Shown: positions 22,860 through 36,940, numbered from the stretch's first letter. The stretch: DNA of 64,000 nt from Lingula anatina (GCA_051362555.1 CM120643.1:12064644-12128643); one strand, 5' to 3'. Numbers and translations are program-made. Notes: a model not told the origin generated them from the letters alone.

Positions 22860-25708
22860 TCACAGGATTTGATAAGTATACACAATGCCTGCAAATTCCC
22901 CTTGGTATTCTGGTACTCTCTTTCTCTCCAACTTCCTCCACAGGTTATCGTCTTCGTGTATCTGCAGCCAGTCATCAAAACTCTTCCCTTCATGTCCGAC
23001 ATGTGGGAGGTGGACCTCCCGCGTCGCTATGATCACGTGGCCGCCTATCATAAAAAGCGGATTTTACGCTAAATAAACTGTTTTCGTCAAAACCAATTTA
23101 AAAATGAGCAGAACATTCCAGAAATGACATAATCTGATTCAAGGCCACTATTTACTAAGTAATGAAGATGTCAACACGGTGTGTTGGTCGCTAACCAGCT
23201 CGAGTTGCAATAAACCTTAACACGGCCAAAAAATTGTACGTTTAAAACGACAAAAGATCTTATAAGGTATTATGTGTAATGTGGGAAAGTGCCTAGCCAG
23301 TACAAGAGACTACATGTGTATATATACACCTCCCCTACCTGGTTTGGTTATACGTATCAGTTCTGGCAAACAGGCCGCAGTGGCATGACCAGGTATTATG
23401 GTTCCAACACACACTGTACACGTGTAATGTGCTGAAAATTAAACCAGCAAGACCTTAATTACTTATATTCAAGTTGCTTTCCTCTCTCTCTCTCTCTCTC
23501 TCTCTCGTTTTTCCGCCCTTCTCAGTGGACAGAGCTGGTGCCAATCGCAGGTCGCTGGTTGATGGAATTACCATTGGAATTAGCAACAAAGTAAACACAT
23601 TTTATCAAGAAGGTTCCCCTTTCGGTTTCAGAGTTTGCCGGCCATTTTTGCTATAAACAATAACTAATTTTTGTCCTTAACAAAGGTGACGGAAAATATA
23701 CGCTGTCAGTAGGTTTAATCTGAAACCTGACTAATTATCAATTTCGTAATAATGGCCATCATACACACAAAACATCCAAGCGGCAAACTGCCTTCTCTAT
23801 GTGTGATTCTGTGTCTGAAGTTAAAAGGCTGGTAAAGATTAAACAAATAGGGAATTATTCCAGATATTTTACAAAAATAAAAACCACACAAAATGCATGC
23901 AATTATCCACTTTAACAACTCTAGATCTGCATGCCCTAGCAATTTTGATACAAGTTGTAAGACAAAATCTACTCACCATATGAGTAAAAAATACGGAAAA
24001 TTAAGGATAATGCAGCTCATTGTCGAGAGGTAGCGTCCCAAAAACGTAACGGAGTTTGTAAAAAATTTCGAACCTATGTCGCTGGCGTAAAAAAGTAATA
24101 AAGCTAATACGAGAGAGCCGCCTTAAGTTCACTACCTGTGGGTATGTCCAACTTGTCTGGTCCCAGATAAGCACAAATGTACTTCTTATAAATCCCTTTC
24201 TCCTTGGCAACATCTAACATATCTTGGCAGCCATCAAGAGCGTCGATGTTAGTAAAACCGGCAGATTGGAGCTGAAAAATAAAAATGTAATATAAAATAT
24301 TTAGACATAATAGAGAGTATGAGTATTTCAAACCGGCCGTAAATTCATGATGGCAAAATGTTAGGAATTATTCTCTATCGTGGTGTCGTGCACAAACAAA
24401 ACCGATTGAAAGTCGGGTAATTACAGTTTTTACTTTTATGTAAAAAAAAAAACAAATTCAATATACACCCCCCCTCCCCAAGAAAGGAATAGAGAAAGAG
24501 AGAGAGAAAGATGGTTTTTGCAATAAAGCCTTATTACACCTATTATTTCTTTTAATAAAATTTAAAAAAGCATATATGATATATTGTGCTATGAATACTG
24601 ATACCTCTTTCCCCACACGCCCTGTGCCAGCGCCGGCGTCCAATATTAATGCTTTTCTGTCGTCACCCAAGACGTCTTTGACAACCTGGGCCGCGAAGAT
24701 AGGTGCCTTGGACTGAACTTTCTGCAAAGATTTATTTCGTGACTACAATATAGCCTTGTCATGGTACTGTCCCTGTATTTCTTGGAAGAAACAGCTGTCT
24801 TGAAACTCTAAAGGGAATAACCGAGGCCTGTTCCAAAAACAATTAAACTCAAAACATTTTGGCAAAGACGGTGAAGAATTTTAGGTTGCGTTTCACAAAG
24901 ATTTCCCAGGGCTTCATGATGACTTTGATATTCTCCAGGTACATTGTAAGCCCTGGATCAACTTGGCCAAGGTCTTTATACATAAAGTTGACGATATTTA
25001 CTTCGGATGGTCTTATTACATAACTGCATATATATTATATTGTAGGCCAATCGTTCGTAAACTTCATATAGATTTTTCTAAGTGGATTGAAATATAATAT
25101 TTACAAACTGGATATGCAGACAAATTGATGAAGCTATGACCTGACCTCTTGCGTCACGTCACACGCATACGCAGTCAGCGTCGAAGCTACGCAAGTTGCA
25201 ATAATTACGTTAAACATGCATTGGATCACTTGCTGTATTGGATTAAGATGTAATCACACACGAAGTTTCTTTCAAAAAGCCGAATATGCTTTTATGCTTT
25301 TGTGCGGTATATATATATATGCATATCTTTCTCGAAAGTGTTTCAAGGTACAAGTCAATTGTCTTTATTTTCTAACAAGATTAACTAGTCAAGACTCTCC
25401 AAGAAACGCCGTGCAGGCTCTGAAGAAAGCTAACTTTTCACGTGTTGTTGAAAACGTTATAACAGCCGAAGTTTCCTTTAAAAAACTTTTATTGTTTTGT
25501 ACCAGCTTCCTTGGCGGAGGTTCGTTCTCTCAGAGTGCTTTTCTAGTATTAAAATGTCGAGTTATGTTGTAGAAAAACTTACTATCATGCTTTGGTCGTA
25601 TGAATTGGCCCAGGATTTATACATATCCATAACTTGCTCAGCAGTTATGCCTGGAGTGGTGATTGAATCTACAAGCTGCCGGTCTTTCTTGGCATCAGCT
25701 GACGTCAT
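22860..25708 (-). CDS. METTL27: Methyltransferase-like protein 27 (WBSCR27-like) class I SAM methyltransferase, copy A, 218 aa
   Basis: Exons 25708-25583, 24721-24605, 24271-24136, 23431-23339 and 23044-22860; GT-AG, 657 nt in frame. Motifs YKSWANSYD, ILDAGAGTG, GFTNIDALDGCQDML, PGH and ELIRITKPGG. Confidence 0.9.
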
Positions 25709-26837
25709 TTTTTTTAATTTAGGGGTGTCAAATCTGGAAGATACTGGGTGAAGAACAAGAATGAATTTAAGAAAATACACAGTGATTAAATGTTTTTCTA
25801 AACAAATTATGCTTGCCGCGAAGTGCCCGTGCATACAAAAGATAGTTTATCGTCAAATGACGCAACTTTTTTTGCGGTTCAAATGATTAATGTGTCAACT
25901 CTAACCTAACTTCCCTGCTGGAGGTACAATCATATACACGGTTGTTATTTGCCAAATACGGGGGTGGGAATCCAAACCAAAAATACAGGAGTGTGTTTTA
26001 ATATATTCCGAAGGTTCGCTACGCCAAAGGTCCGCTATGGACACATTCAATACAGTGGACTTATCTGTGGATAAAATATGGCGACCCACTTAAATGCTTG
26101 CCGTCTGATCATCTAATAGCCACTGAATAGATTCTCCACGGAGATAACGCAACAAGTTTTCAAGTGGGTCGGCCATATTTGATCCGCGGACTAGTTTGTC
26201 CGCCATTGTGAATGCGTCCGGTGTTCTGAGTGTCCTCTATGGCGACAGTTCGCTGTTCAGAACTAATCGCACATGTTCATGTACAGATAGAGAGCAAAGA
26301 TAACAAAGTATATAAATAAACAAATGCCTAGTGCTAATGTTGTAAAAGTGGAAGCGTTCTAGGCAAAATGCAACAGTCGGTATGTGCCAGGGTATAATTC
26401 TCATTGCACGTCAAGCATTATTACAGCAAAGCATAGGAAGGTGTTTAACACATTATATCGCGCTATAAGGTTTGACTCTTAATTGCTGTTTTAAGGAGTT
26501 ATCTGAGCAGATCGCAAACGATTCAAATATGAGAGAACCTCCTAAATACGTTTCTTTGACACGGACGTCAGTGCTCGCCCCAATTACGCATAATACGCAT
26601 AACCATAAAAAAGCCTTTGGAACATAGAGCTGACCCCAAAATACAGTGCGCTGTATAGGTTGCAGCTTATTCCTCACATTCCATCTCTTTCCATATGTTC
26701 AGTCAAGATGCACACTCATGGACACCCGGTGTGTGCAAGAGGGAACTTCATGTTTTGACTTTCTTCACGTACATTTATTGAGCATTCCTGTTTATATAGA
26801 AATTGAAACTGAATTTTAACGGTTCTTCTTCACTTAC

Positions 26838-26905
26838 CCTGTTATCAGCTGTCCCGGTCCGGTAATACATATAGATCAAACTGACGTCAATAGATCACGT
26901 GACAA
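26838..26905 (-). promoter_or_regulatory. Probable 5' UTR exon and promoter of METTL27-like copy A
   Basis: Minus-strand donor GTAAGT at 26837. TGACGTCA (CRE, 26882) and TCACGTGAC (E-box/CLEAR-like, 26895). The block is conserved in copy B. Confidence 0.45.
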
Positions 26906-27714
26906 CCGATATAACACATTTCACTATATACGCATAGTAGTTAAACCTGGGTGTCCTTGGGAATAAGTCTCCTGCCTTTCACTTATGGATACTGTCTGCT
27001 TGACACATTCACCCAAAACCAATATAGAGGTGCAATTGAGGTCCAATTTGGTTCAGTTTTGTTGTAGGGCATGTAGGCCGTTGATACGTATTGTCTGTGT
27101 GGTATCTACTCCAAATACTGACGCTGTCAATGACCCTAGTCACTTTTGAAGCGGCACACGCTTCGTCGTAGGCCTCTTCGAATTCAGGATGTCTGTAAAC
27201 TCTGGTTTGACCAGTTGAGCGGTACAGGTGAAATCTGACCTCCATAAAGAAAGCCACGCGGTGTCATTGTTCTACCCAGAAATGGTCATGGTCCCCAATT
27301 CATTAGAGAAACAGACGACGCTGTTTTGCTGTTTACGATGGCTTCCTCAGAGGTCCTCTGGTATCCTATCCTGCTGAAAATAGGGTAGTGTTCGTTAAGA
27401 GCCTTGAAATACGCGTTTTGGTGGCAATTTGCCCCTAAAACTGTACGGACTGGGTGTTTTTTGTTTAGTTGCAGTAGCATATCCGGAAGGACAGTGAGAT
27501 CTGTACCGAGGTGGTAAGATTTTGATACATTGGTATAGGTACATCAGTCTGGGCATAACCCTATAATACCGTGCGGACCATTTCTTGTGACACAATAATC
27601 TGTCTGGCACTTATTAACAAATTTGTATAACACTGCTTATGTCACGCACTGCAAAACCAACCGCTTGCATGCAAAATTTCAAATTCTTCGATGCAGTAGT
27701 TGCCGACCTATGGA

Positions 27715-27717
<3 letters not shown>

Positions 27718-27764
<47 letters not shown>

Positions 27765-28400
27765 TTTTTGACAGAACCAAAGGAGCACTACCCAATTAAA
27801 TCAATGCATATTACACAATGGAGCAGTGCAACTGTGTGTTTTTCTTTTAAAAAGAACACATTGTTACCAATTAAATGTCAAGTCTGTGATTCACTGTCTA
27901 ACCCCAAAAAGGAACATACGTTACTGTCACAAATGCAAAACGTCCAGTTGTGAAACGCTTCACTCACTTTGAAAATTCAGTCATCACTGGTTTTGTTCTT
28001 TGATTTATCTCCTGCAAGCATAACGTTGTAAACATTTATCATAATCTTCTGTATAGAGCAGTTAATTGTTTTTTTGAGCGACTTTAGTTTGCTTGTTACT
28101 GAATATTAAAAAAACAGGGAAAATAAACCCTACCAACAGAAAAATAAGCATTGTTTTAAAATAAATAATTTTCCCCTCGTGATCCAAATATTATATCAGA
28201 AATGTCAAACTATCATGGAATCACAATATATTTTTCGATCAGCAACAGAAAACACTGTTTTCTATTGTACCAAGTACTTGAACAAAATGAAACTTTTTGA
28301 CAATTTTTCTGAGGAACATTCGTTACCTAGTATTAGCCATGACGCAAAGTCCCTTGAGTTGCAGTTTAAATATTTATAAAAACGTACCTAAGTCATATAT
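27718..28400 (-). mobile_element. Degenerate LINE 3' fragment with poly(A) tail
   Basis: About 45-nt poly-T on + (poly-A on -). The minus strand gives ICDSNVCSFLGLDSESQT*HL, resembling the decayed zf-RVT zinc knuckle of LINE ORF2. Confidence 0.35.
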
Positions 28401-30172
28401 AATTTACCATGACTGAATCATTACAAAATATACCGGACCTCAGTATAAAAATCAGCAATACTGTAAAGCTACCACATGTAATGGGATAGTGAGCAAGCTA
28501 GCTTTACAGTGTCCTGACACTCAGAGCACTCAGATTCTACGGAGAAACTGGTGATTATATCACGTACGTTGGAAACAAGAGGAGGCGTGTTACTTCATAC
28601 GGCTTTTTAGGGATTATTAGATCCTAGTTTAGCCTTTCCAGATTACTATCTTTACACCAATCACCAGCATATTTAATCCATACACCTTGTTGCAATTGTA
28701 TTTTTTTTAAATGGTGTTTTGTCCTTCACTTATAGAAGGACGCTTCTCGGGGTGTTAATTGGTGTTTACTTTACTATATTTATGAGAAGTCATCCAGAGT
28801 GTATACTATATTATAATGTGCAAAGTCATAATATTTATGCGCCAATACAATGATAAAATGAATTGAATTAAAGTGATATCTGTAAAGAAAGGGCACATGG
28901 AAAATCTGACCCGACTTCTGAAATACACCCTGCACCGTGTTTGCTAGTTGGAGGGTGGGGTGTGTGGGTGAAGGTATTTGTTTTCTTTGAACACCGATCT
29001 AGGTTACATAGTTACATCTGTCACAAATGGCGTATTATTATTATTATTATTATTTATGTTGCTAGAATTTAATCCAATGTGTTATTGAAATACCTTTCTT
29101 TTTTATGTCCATGATACACGTTTTTGAAAGGTGGCCAGTTAAAGTCTTTGAAAAGTTGTTGCTATGGGTAACCGTCCTGGCTTTTTACTTAAAAGTACAA
29201 AATGGAAAAAGTTATCGAATTTTAATTTATATCTGAAACCCGTGTGAGACAACTGTTCAAAAGTAACATTCAAGATTCGACAGGCACATCCGCTGTCTAC
29301 CAGTAACTGTTGCACATCTACTGCAATGAGCAGAATAGTACGCCATGCAAACCACCCATCAGTGCAGGAAGGTGGAATGTACACGTTACGAATAAATCTT
29401 TTATAACCGAAACCATATTGGATAATGTGGCCTAGCACTGTAACTTTATTTGCTTAGTGAATAGAGAAAAGATTACATGATACTGTTTCATTGAGTAAAC
29501 TAAAGAATAGTAAAAAGGGTCCTGATTACCTTGCGATTTATCTAATTATTTATTTATTTATTTATTTATCTATTTATTTATTTATTTATTTCAGCTACAG
29601 CTCTCAATTAACATACCTTTAAAATTATTCTGCAAATGTCTTTAGCCAATTGAAATAAAATGTAAAATGCTACTGATTCAAAAACTAAACTTTTGCCATT
29701 TGATATAAATACTGTACAACGGAAGAACTTTTTTCTTTCTTCTCGCTTTTTTTTTTAATTTGGGAGTTTAAATGTAAAAAATATTTTCCAAAATGTCGAT
29801 TTCAATATCCCAAATAAGAGCTATGTAGTAAAAGAAATAAGAGTGCACATCACATTACACAGAATGGAATGATGCTTTGTAAGTGCAAAATCGCCAGACG
29901 TACTCTAGTATTTTGTTGAAGATTTATTAAGCCTATAAATATATAAAATACATAACAACGGGGATTAATTGCCACGTGAAAGAATTATTGTGCTTCATTT
30001 AAAAGCTTTATAATTGTAAGAATTAAATAGGTTTAAGACTTATAAAAATGTATCAAGTTAAATAATGAAAGCTACCGGCACATAAAATCGTTTGCTACCC
30101 TTAAAAACCAAAACCTAGACTCGCCCGTGAAAAAAAAATGTTGTGAGCTGGATCTGGATGGAACTGTCCCTC

Positions 30173-30420
30173 ACACTGTAAAACATTACCCGTTTATTCC
30201 ACGGTAAAATACTGGCAGCTGGGGTGCCAGTAATTTACCGCGAAAAAGCGGTAGCGAAATAGTCACCGTTTTTGTAATTTACCGTGAAAAAACGATAGTA
30301 AAAAATAGTACTGCCAACAAATTCTGGTACTGTACCGCAATATTATTATCATTATCATTAAAGAGAGACTAGAAATAATATTTTCAGTTAGTTACCGTTT
30401 ATTTTCAGAGTATTTTATGA
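30173..30420 (+). mobile_element. CACTA/EnSpm-like terminus at the duplication junction
   Basis: Starts CACTGTAAAA, followed by repeated ttaccg/cggtaa subterminal motifs and the hairpin tactggcagc..gtgccagta. Confidence 0.55.
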
Positions 30421-31256
30421 GAGAACAGTTTCATTAGCTCTGTATGTATTTTCATTCCAGGTGAAATGACCCTAGTCATTTACTCCCTGATGATGGTGAC
30501 TGACAGTCACAGAAATATTGGAGGTAATACCCACATATTTTACAAGCTCTTGATAAAAAGAAAAACAGTAATTAGAGTATTTTATATTATGAACACTAGA
30601 TAATCTTACTACATGTACATGTATACACTATCCACAGTCTCATGATACTACGAATTTCAAAACTGTTCTTCACGTAAGTCTGTCATGTAAGTCTCCTAAA
30701 TAAAACTATTTGACAAATGGCAAAAGTTCTCCAATATTTATTACGAATTTCACATGCTTTGAAAATTGGAGATGGCATGCCCAAGTCGAAAATGATGATG
30801 ATGATGTATTTCATAAAAGTGAAAACTCTTTTTTTAATCTACGTTAACTGTTTTGTCTTAAAAAATACTTGTCTATCTTGACAAAAAATAATTAACGTAT
30901 ACCATATATTGTCACATGCTAACAATTCCAGAAAATAGATAAATTATGAGGTATATAATCTTTAACAGCAAATTAAATTTATTAGAGCAATGTTTGTGAT
31001 GTTACATGTAACCGAGAAATTTTGGAAAAGTAAGTTTTGTCCAACAATATTATTCAAACTTCCTTCACAGGCCTTTTGCGTTCATTCAACATAAACATGT
31101 AAAGAATGTCAGTCATATTCTGACGTCATACTCTTCATTACGGAACCAATGTGAAAGATGACTAAACAGAACCTTCAAGTCGCTTATACTATTTTAACAA
31201 AATATTTTAACTTCAATACCAGATAAAGTCAGTATTGATAAAAAGTCCTCAGCACT

Positions 31257-33319
31257 TCACAGGATTTGATAAGTATACACAATGCCTGCAAATTCACCTT
31301 GGTATTCTGGTACTCTCTTCCTCTCCAACTTCCTCCACAGGTTATCGTCTTCGTGTATCTGCAGCCAGTCATCAAAACTCTTCCCTTCATGTCCGACATG
31401 TGGGAGGTGGACCTCCCGCGTCGCTATGATCACGTGGCCGCCTATCATAAAAAGCGAATTTTACACTAAATAAACTGTTTTCGTCAAAACCAATTTAAAA
31501 ATGAGCAGAACATTCCGGAAATGACATAATCTGATTCAAGGCCAATATTCACAACGTTATAAAGATGTCATCACGATTTGTTGGTCGCTAAGCATTTCGA
31601 GTTGCAAAAAACCTAAACACGGCCAACGGCTGATTAGAAAAAAATGCAGGTTTGAACACATATTGAAACTGTACGTTTGAAACCACAAAGGATCTTATGA
31701 AGTATTTTGTGTAATGTGGGAAAGTTCCTAGTCAGGACAAGAGACTAAACACCTCCCATACCTGGTTTGGTTATACGTATCAGTTCTGGCAAACAGGCCG
31801 CAGTGGCATGGCCAGGTACTATGGTTCCAACACACACTGTACACGTGTAATGTGCTGAAAATCAAACCAGCTAGACTTGAATTACTTCTATTCAAGTTGT
31901 TTTCTCGCCCCCTATTCTCTCTCTCTCCTTTGATCATACTCAAGGCTTTGTCTGCCCTTTCCAGTGGACAGAGCTGGTGCCAATCGCAGGTCAACAATTG
32001 GTCAGTTGGTTGATGGAATGAAATTAGCAAGAATGAAAATGAATTTGGCAAGAAAGGGCCATCCTCGGTTTCAGAGTTTCCTTGCCATTTTTTCTGTAAA
32101 CAATACCAAACTTTTGTGAATCAACAAACGTGACGGAAAATATACGCTGAAACCTGAGTAATCATCAATTTTGTGAATATGACCACCACACAAAATATCC
32201 GGGTGACAGACTGAATTCTCTACATATTAATCCGTGTCTGAAATAAAATGCTGGTTAAGATTAAATATTCAAAAGCCAGATATTTTATAAAAAAAGAAAA
32301 AAAATCACACAAAATGTGTGCAGTATATTACGTCTCCAACGATGACAATATCCAGTTAACCAAACATGGAAAATTAGTCTATAGAGAGGGATAAAACAGC
32401 TAAACCTTTACAAATAAGGCCATACTAAATGGCGAGGTCCAGCAGCAAGCCAAAAACTTTACACACTTAAACCCATTCCAAATATATTATTGCTTACGTC
32501 ATCAGGCGCCATACTAGTTATTGGCATGGCATTTGAGAACGCAACGTCAATATTCATGAGTAATATTAACACCTCGAGGCATCATAAATACTTGGTTTAA
32601 GTTAGTATGGCTCTATACCACCTTCAGGAGGCTCTCTCATATTTTAGAAACATTATTTCTTCCCTAGCGATTTTGAAAGAAATTGTAAAACAGAATCTAC
32701 TCACCATCATGAGTAAAATACGAAAAAGGGGATAACCCAGCTCGTTTTCGAGAGGTCGTATTGGTAAGTCTGTGCGTTACGTCGTGAACATCCAAAAGTC
32801 ACCGAGCGTTCTTCGCTAAATGCAACGTGTTGTTGACATATTCGTAATGTTTCGATCAAAATAACAACAATTATGAATTACATATTTTATTGCATGTTAT
32901 ATTTTGATCATTAGTCGCTGTTGTAAAATGTACTCAAGCTAATATCAAAGAGCCGCCTTAAGTTCGCTACCTGTGGGGATGTCCAACTTGTCAGGTCCCA
33001 GATAAGCACAAATGTATTTCATATAAATCCCTTTCTCCTTAGCAACATCTAACATATCTTGGCAGCCATCGAGAGCGTCGATGTAACTAAAACCAGCAGA
33101 TTGGAGCTGAAAATTTAAAAGTAATATAAAATATTTAAATATAAAACATATTATGTGTATTTCAAACCGACCGTCAAATTCAAGATGGCAATATGTAAGG
33201 CAATATTCTCTATCGTGGTGTCGTGCACAAACCAAACCGATTGAAAGTCAGGTATTTACACTTTTTCCTTAATAACCAATTCAATAACACCCCCCCCCCC
33301 CCCAAAAAAAAAAAAAAAA

Positions 33320-33373
<54 letters not shown>

Positions 33374-34855
33374 AGAATGTGTTTGCAGTAAAGCTTCATT
33401 TCACCTACAGTTTATTTTAATAAATTTAAAAATCATATATAATATATAATATATTATATAATATATTGTGCTATGAATACTGATACCTCTTTCCCGACAA
33501 GTCCTGTGCCAGCGCCGGCGTCCAATATCAATGCTTTCCTGTCGTCACCCAAGACGTCTTTGACAACCTTGGCCGCGAAGATAGGTCCCTTAGCCAGAAC
33601 TTTCTGCAAAGATTTATTTCGTGACTACAGTATGATACTGTCCCTGTATTTTTGGAGGGGATAGTTGTCTTTCAACTCTAAAGATGATATCTTGTCAAAG
33701 ACTGAAGAAATTCCGGTTGCGTTTCAAAAAGATTTGACAGGACTGCATGCTGACTTTGATATTCTCCAGGTACACTTTAAGCCCCATATCAGCTTGGCCA
33801 ATGTCTTTACTCTTAAGTTGACAATAAACTATTTACTAGAGAAGGTCTTATTACGTAGCTGCATATATACTGTATTGTAGGCCAATCGGTCCTAAAACGC
33901 ATTTAGACAATAATTGATGAACCTCGACCTGACCTCTTGCATCACATGTCACACGCATACGCGATCAGCGTCGAAGCTACGCAAATTGTCACACACACAT
34001 TGGATCACTTGCTGTATTGGATTAAGAGATAACCACACGCGAAGTTTCCTTCAAAAAACGAATATGCTTTTATGCTTTTGTGCGGTTTATATATATGTAT
34101 ATCTTTCTCGAAAGTGTTTCAAGGCACAAGTCAATTGTCTATTATTTTCTAACGAGATTAAAGGGATAATATCTCTTGTATGAGATCTATATGATCTAGC
34201 TAATAAAAACATTGTAAACAAATCACAGAAATGTAATATATTCCGTTTTACCACAGAAACCGCAGTTATAGCTATTCTGATATCTGAGCTTGTCATCGGA
34301 CCACGTGACGTCCATAGAAGGCTATAGTCTGTAACAATCTCTTAAGAGATTATTACGAAAAAAAACTTTTTAGAAAAAAAAAAACAGGTACTAACTTTGA
34401 ATGTAGATACGGATTCATTACCATTGGTAAGTATGGGAAAATTGTTGTTAACTTTAGGAAAATTCATTTTTTGGCCAAAACGCACAGTTATTATCCCTTT
34501 AACTAGTCAAGACTCTTCAAGAAACGCCGTGCAGGTCCTGCGAAATTAATTCGGATTTTGAAGAAAATTAACTTTTCACGTGATGTCGAAAACGTTATAA
34601 CAAGCGAAGTTTCACATGAAAAACGAATAAACTCTTATATTGTGTGTACCAGCTTCCTTGGCGGAGGCCCGCGCTCTAAGAGTGCTTTTCTAGTATGAAA
34701 ATATCGAGTTATGTTGTAGAAAGACTTACTATCATGCTTTGGTCATATGAATTGGCCCAGGATTTATACATGTCCATAACTTGCTCAACAGTTATCCCTG
34801 GAGTGGTGATTGAATCGACAACCTGCCGGTCTTTCTCAGCATCAGCCGACGTCAT
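31257..34855 (-). CDS. METTL27: Methyltransferase-like protein 27 (WBSCR27-like), copy B, 218 aa
   Basis: Exons 34855-34730, 33603-33487, 33106-32971, 31854-31762 and 31441-31257. Exon lengths are identical to copy A and the frame is intact. Confidence 0.9.
33291..33371. repeat. Compound C/A/(GA)n microsatellite
   Basis: Direct reading. Confidence 0.9.
34162..34498. mobile_element. TTAA-targeting non-autonomous transposon (Kolobok-like), copy 2
   Basis: AGGGATAATA..TATTATCCCT with a perfect TTAA TSD. The empty site in the paralog is aagaTTAActagtc at about 25381. Confidence 0.88.
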
Positions 34856-35859
34856 TTTCTTTGTTTTTTTTTTTTAATTTATGGGTGTCGAACCTGGAAG
34901 AAATTGGGTGAAGAACAAGAATGAATTTAAGAAAATACACAGTTATTAAATGTTTTTCTAAACAAATTATGCTTGCTGTAGAGTGCCCATGCATACAAAT
35001 GATAGTTTATCGTCAAATGATGCAACTTTTGCGGATCAAATGATTAATATGCCAACTCTAACCCGCCCTCCCTGCTGGGGGTACAATCATATACACGGTT
35101 GTTATTTGCCAAATACGAGGGAGGGAATCCATACCAAAAGTACAGGAGTGTGCTTCAATATATTCCGAAGGTTCGCCAAAGGTCCGCTATGGACACATTC
35201 AATACAGTGGACTTATCTGTGGATAAGATATGGCGACCCACTTAAATGCTTGCCGTCTGATCCTCTAACAGACACTGAATAGATTCCCAACGGTGATTAC
35301 ACAACAAACATTCAATATTTGATCCGTAGACTAGATAGTCGGCTGTTGTGAACGCAGCCTATGAGCGCATTCAGTACAGCGGACTAACAGATCAGCGGAT
35401 CAAATATGACAACCCACTAAAAAGCTTGCCGTTTAATTCCCGATTTGAAACTGAATAGATTCCCCACGGGGATTACGCAACAAAATTCAAGAGGGTTGGC
35501 CATATTTGATCCTCGGGTCTGTTAATCCGCTGTTCTAAATGCGTTCTTAGTCTGCTGTTTTTGAATGCCCTCTGTGACGAAAGTTAGCTGTTTAGAAATA
35601 ATCGTAGGCCTACATTTACAGATGGAGCGCAAAGATACAGACAAAATACAGTAAACAAATGCCTAGTGGTTTCTAATGTGGTAAAAGTCGAAGCGTTCTT
35701 GGCGAAATGCAGCAGTTGGTATTCTTATTGCACTTCAAGCATAATAACAACAAAGCATAGGTGGGGGAATAACACATTATATCGCATTATGAATTATAAT
35801 TCTTAGACAATAGTTGTTGTCATAAGGAATTACTCATGCGCGAAATCTGGGCAGATTGC

Positions 35860-35890
<31 letters not shown>

Positions 35891-36287
35891 GCCTTTTAAA
35901 TATGTTTCTTTGACACGAAGGTGTCTAATGTGCACTTGCTCGCCCCAATTACGCAACTGATTTTTCGGCACATACTGTATGCGAGAGCCTCCTAAATATG
36001 CTTCTTTGACACGAAGGTATAGTGCTCGCCCCAATTACGCAACTGATTTTTCGCCACATAGAGCTGACCCCATAGTACAGTGCGCTGTATAGGTTGCAGC
36101 TGACCCCTCGCATTCCATCTCTTTCCATATGTACAGACAATACGCACATTGATGAAAATATGTGCAAGAGGGAACTTAATTCATGTCTTGACTTTCTTCG
36201 CGTACATTTGTTGAGCATTCCTATTTATATAGAAATTGAAGCTGGATTGTAACGGCTCTGAAAATGACCGAAATTATATTCACCTAC

Positions 36288-36356
36288 CCTGTTATCAACT
36301 ATCCCGGTCCGCTAATACATATAGATCAAAATGACGCTAACAGATCACGTGACAAC
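36288..36356 (-). promoter_or_regulatory. Probable 5' UTR exon and promoter of METTL27-like copy B
   Basis: Minus-strand donor GTAGGT at 36287. TCACGTGAC is retained and the CRE is altered to TGACGCTA. Confidence 0.4.
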
Positions 36357-36686
36357 CGATATAACGCACTTCGATCACTATGTACTCGGTTTAACCTGCG
36401 TGTCCATGCATCTCCTGCACTGTCTGCTTGACACATTATGTAATATATAGTAGAGGTCAGCGAGGTGATGACAATTTCATACATAAATTCTCACTTGACC
36501 TCTAAGGGGCTATTCACTATGAGCTAGGTCGCAATAGCTAGTGTGGAATAAGATTGCGTCCCCACCTTATCGTACTAGCAAGATAGATCTATCTCAGCGG
36601 GAATTCTACGGAAAAACTGGAGATTATACAAGTACAAGGAAACAAGAGAAGACGTGTTACTTCAGACGGCTTTTTAGGAATTATTA

Positions 36687-36940
36687 TAGACCATTCCCAG
36701 ACCCTATCGTACCAACTGTGAATCGATCTATCTCCGAGGGGATTCTCGCCATACTGCAATCAACTCAAGCGGCTTAGATATCTGTCACGCCTACTGAAGC
36801 TGCTAAGGGTTAATTAATCATCGTTTAGCAGCTTTAGGCGCACAAGACATATAAGCCGCTTAAGCTGAAAACAATTTAGCGAGAAACGCCTCGGAGATGG
36901 ATCGATCCTGTTAGATCGATCTAGATATGGGAATCTAATA
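36687..36940. mobile_element. Tourist/Harbinger-like MITE, copy 3
   Basis: Family match to 11096 and 15958, with TTA/TAA flanks. Absent at the paralogous site (about 28617). Confidence 0.75.

Noticed and set aside
31728-32051. 107-aa minus-strand ORF
   Set aside because: It is an alternative frame over METTL27-like exon 4. The correct frame gives HYTCTVCVG..PGH..ELIRITKPG.
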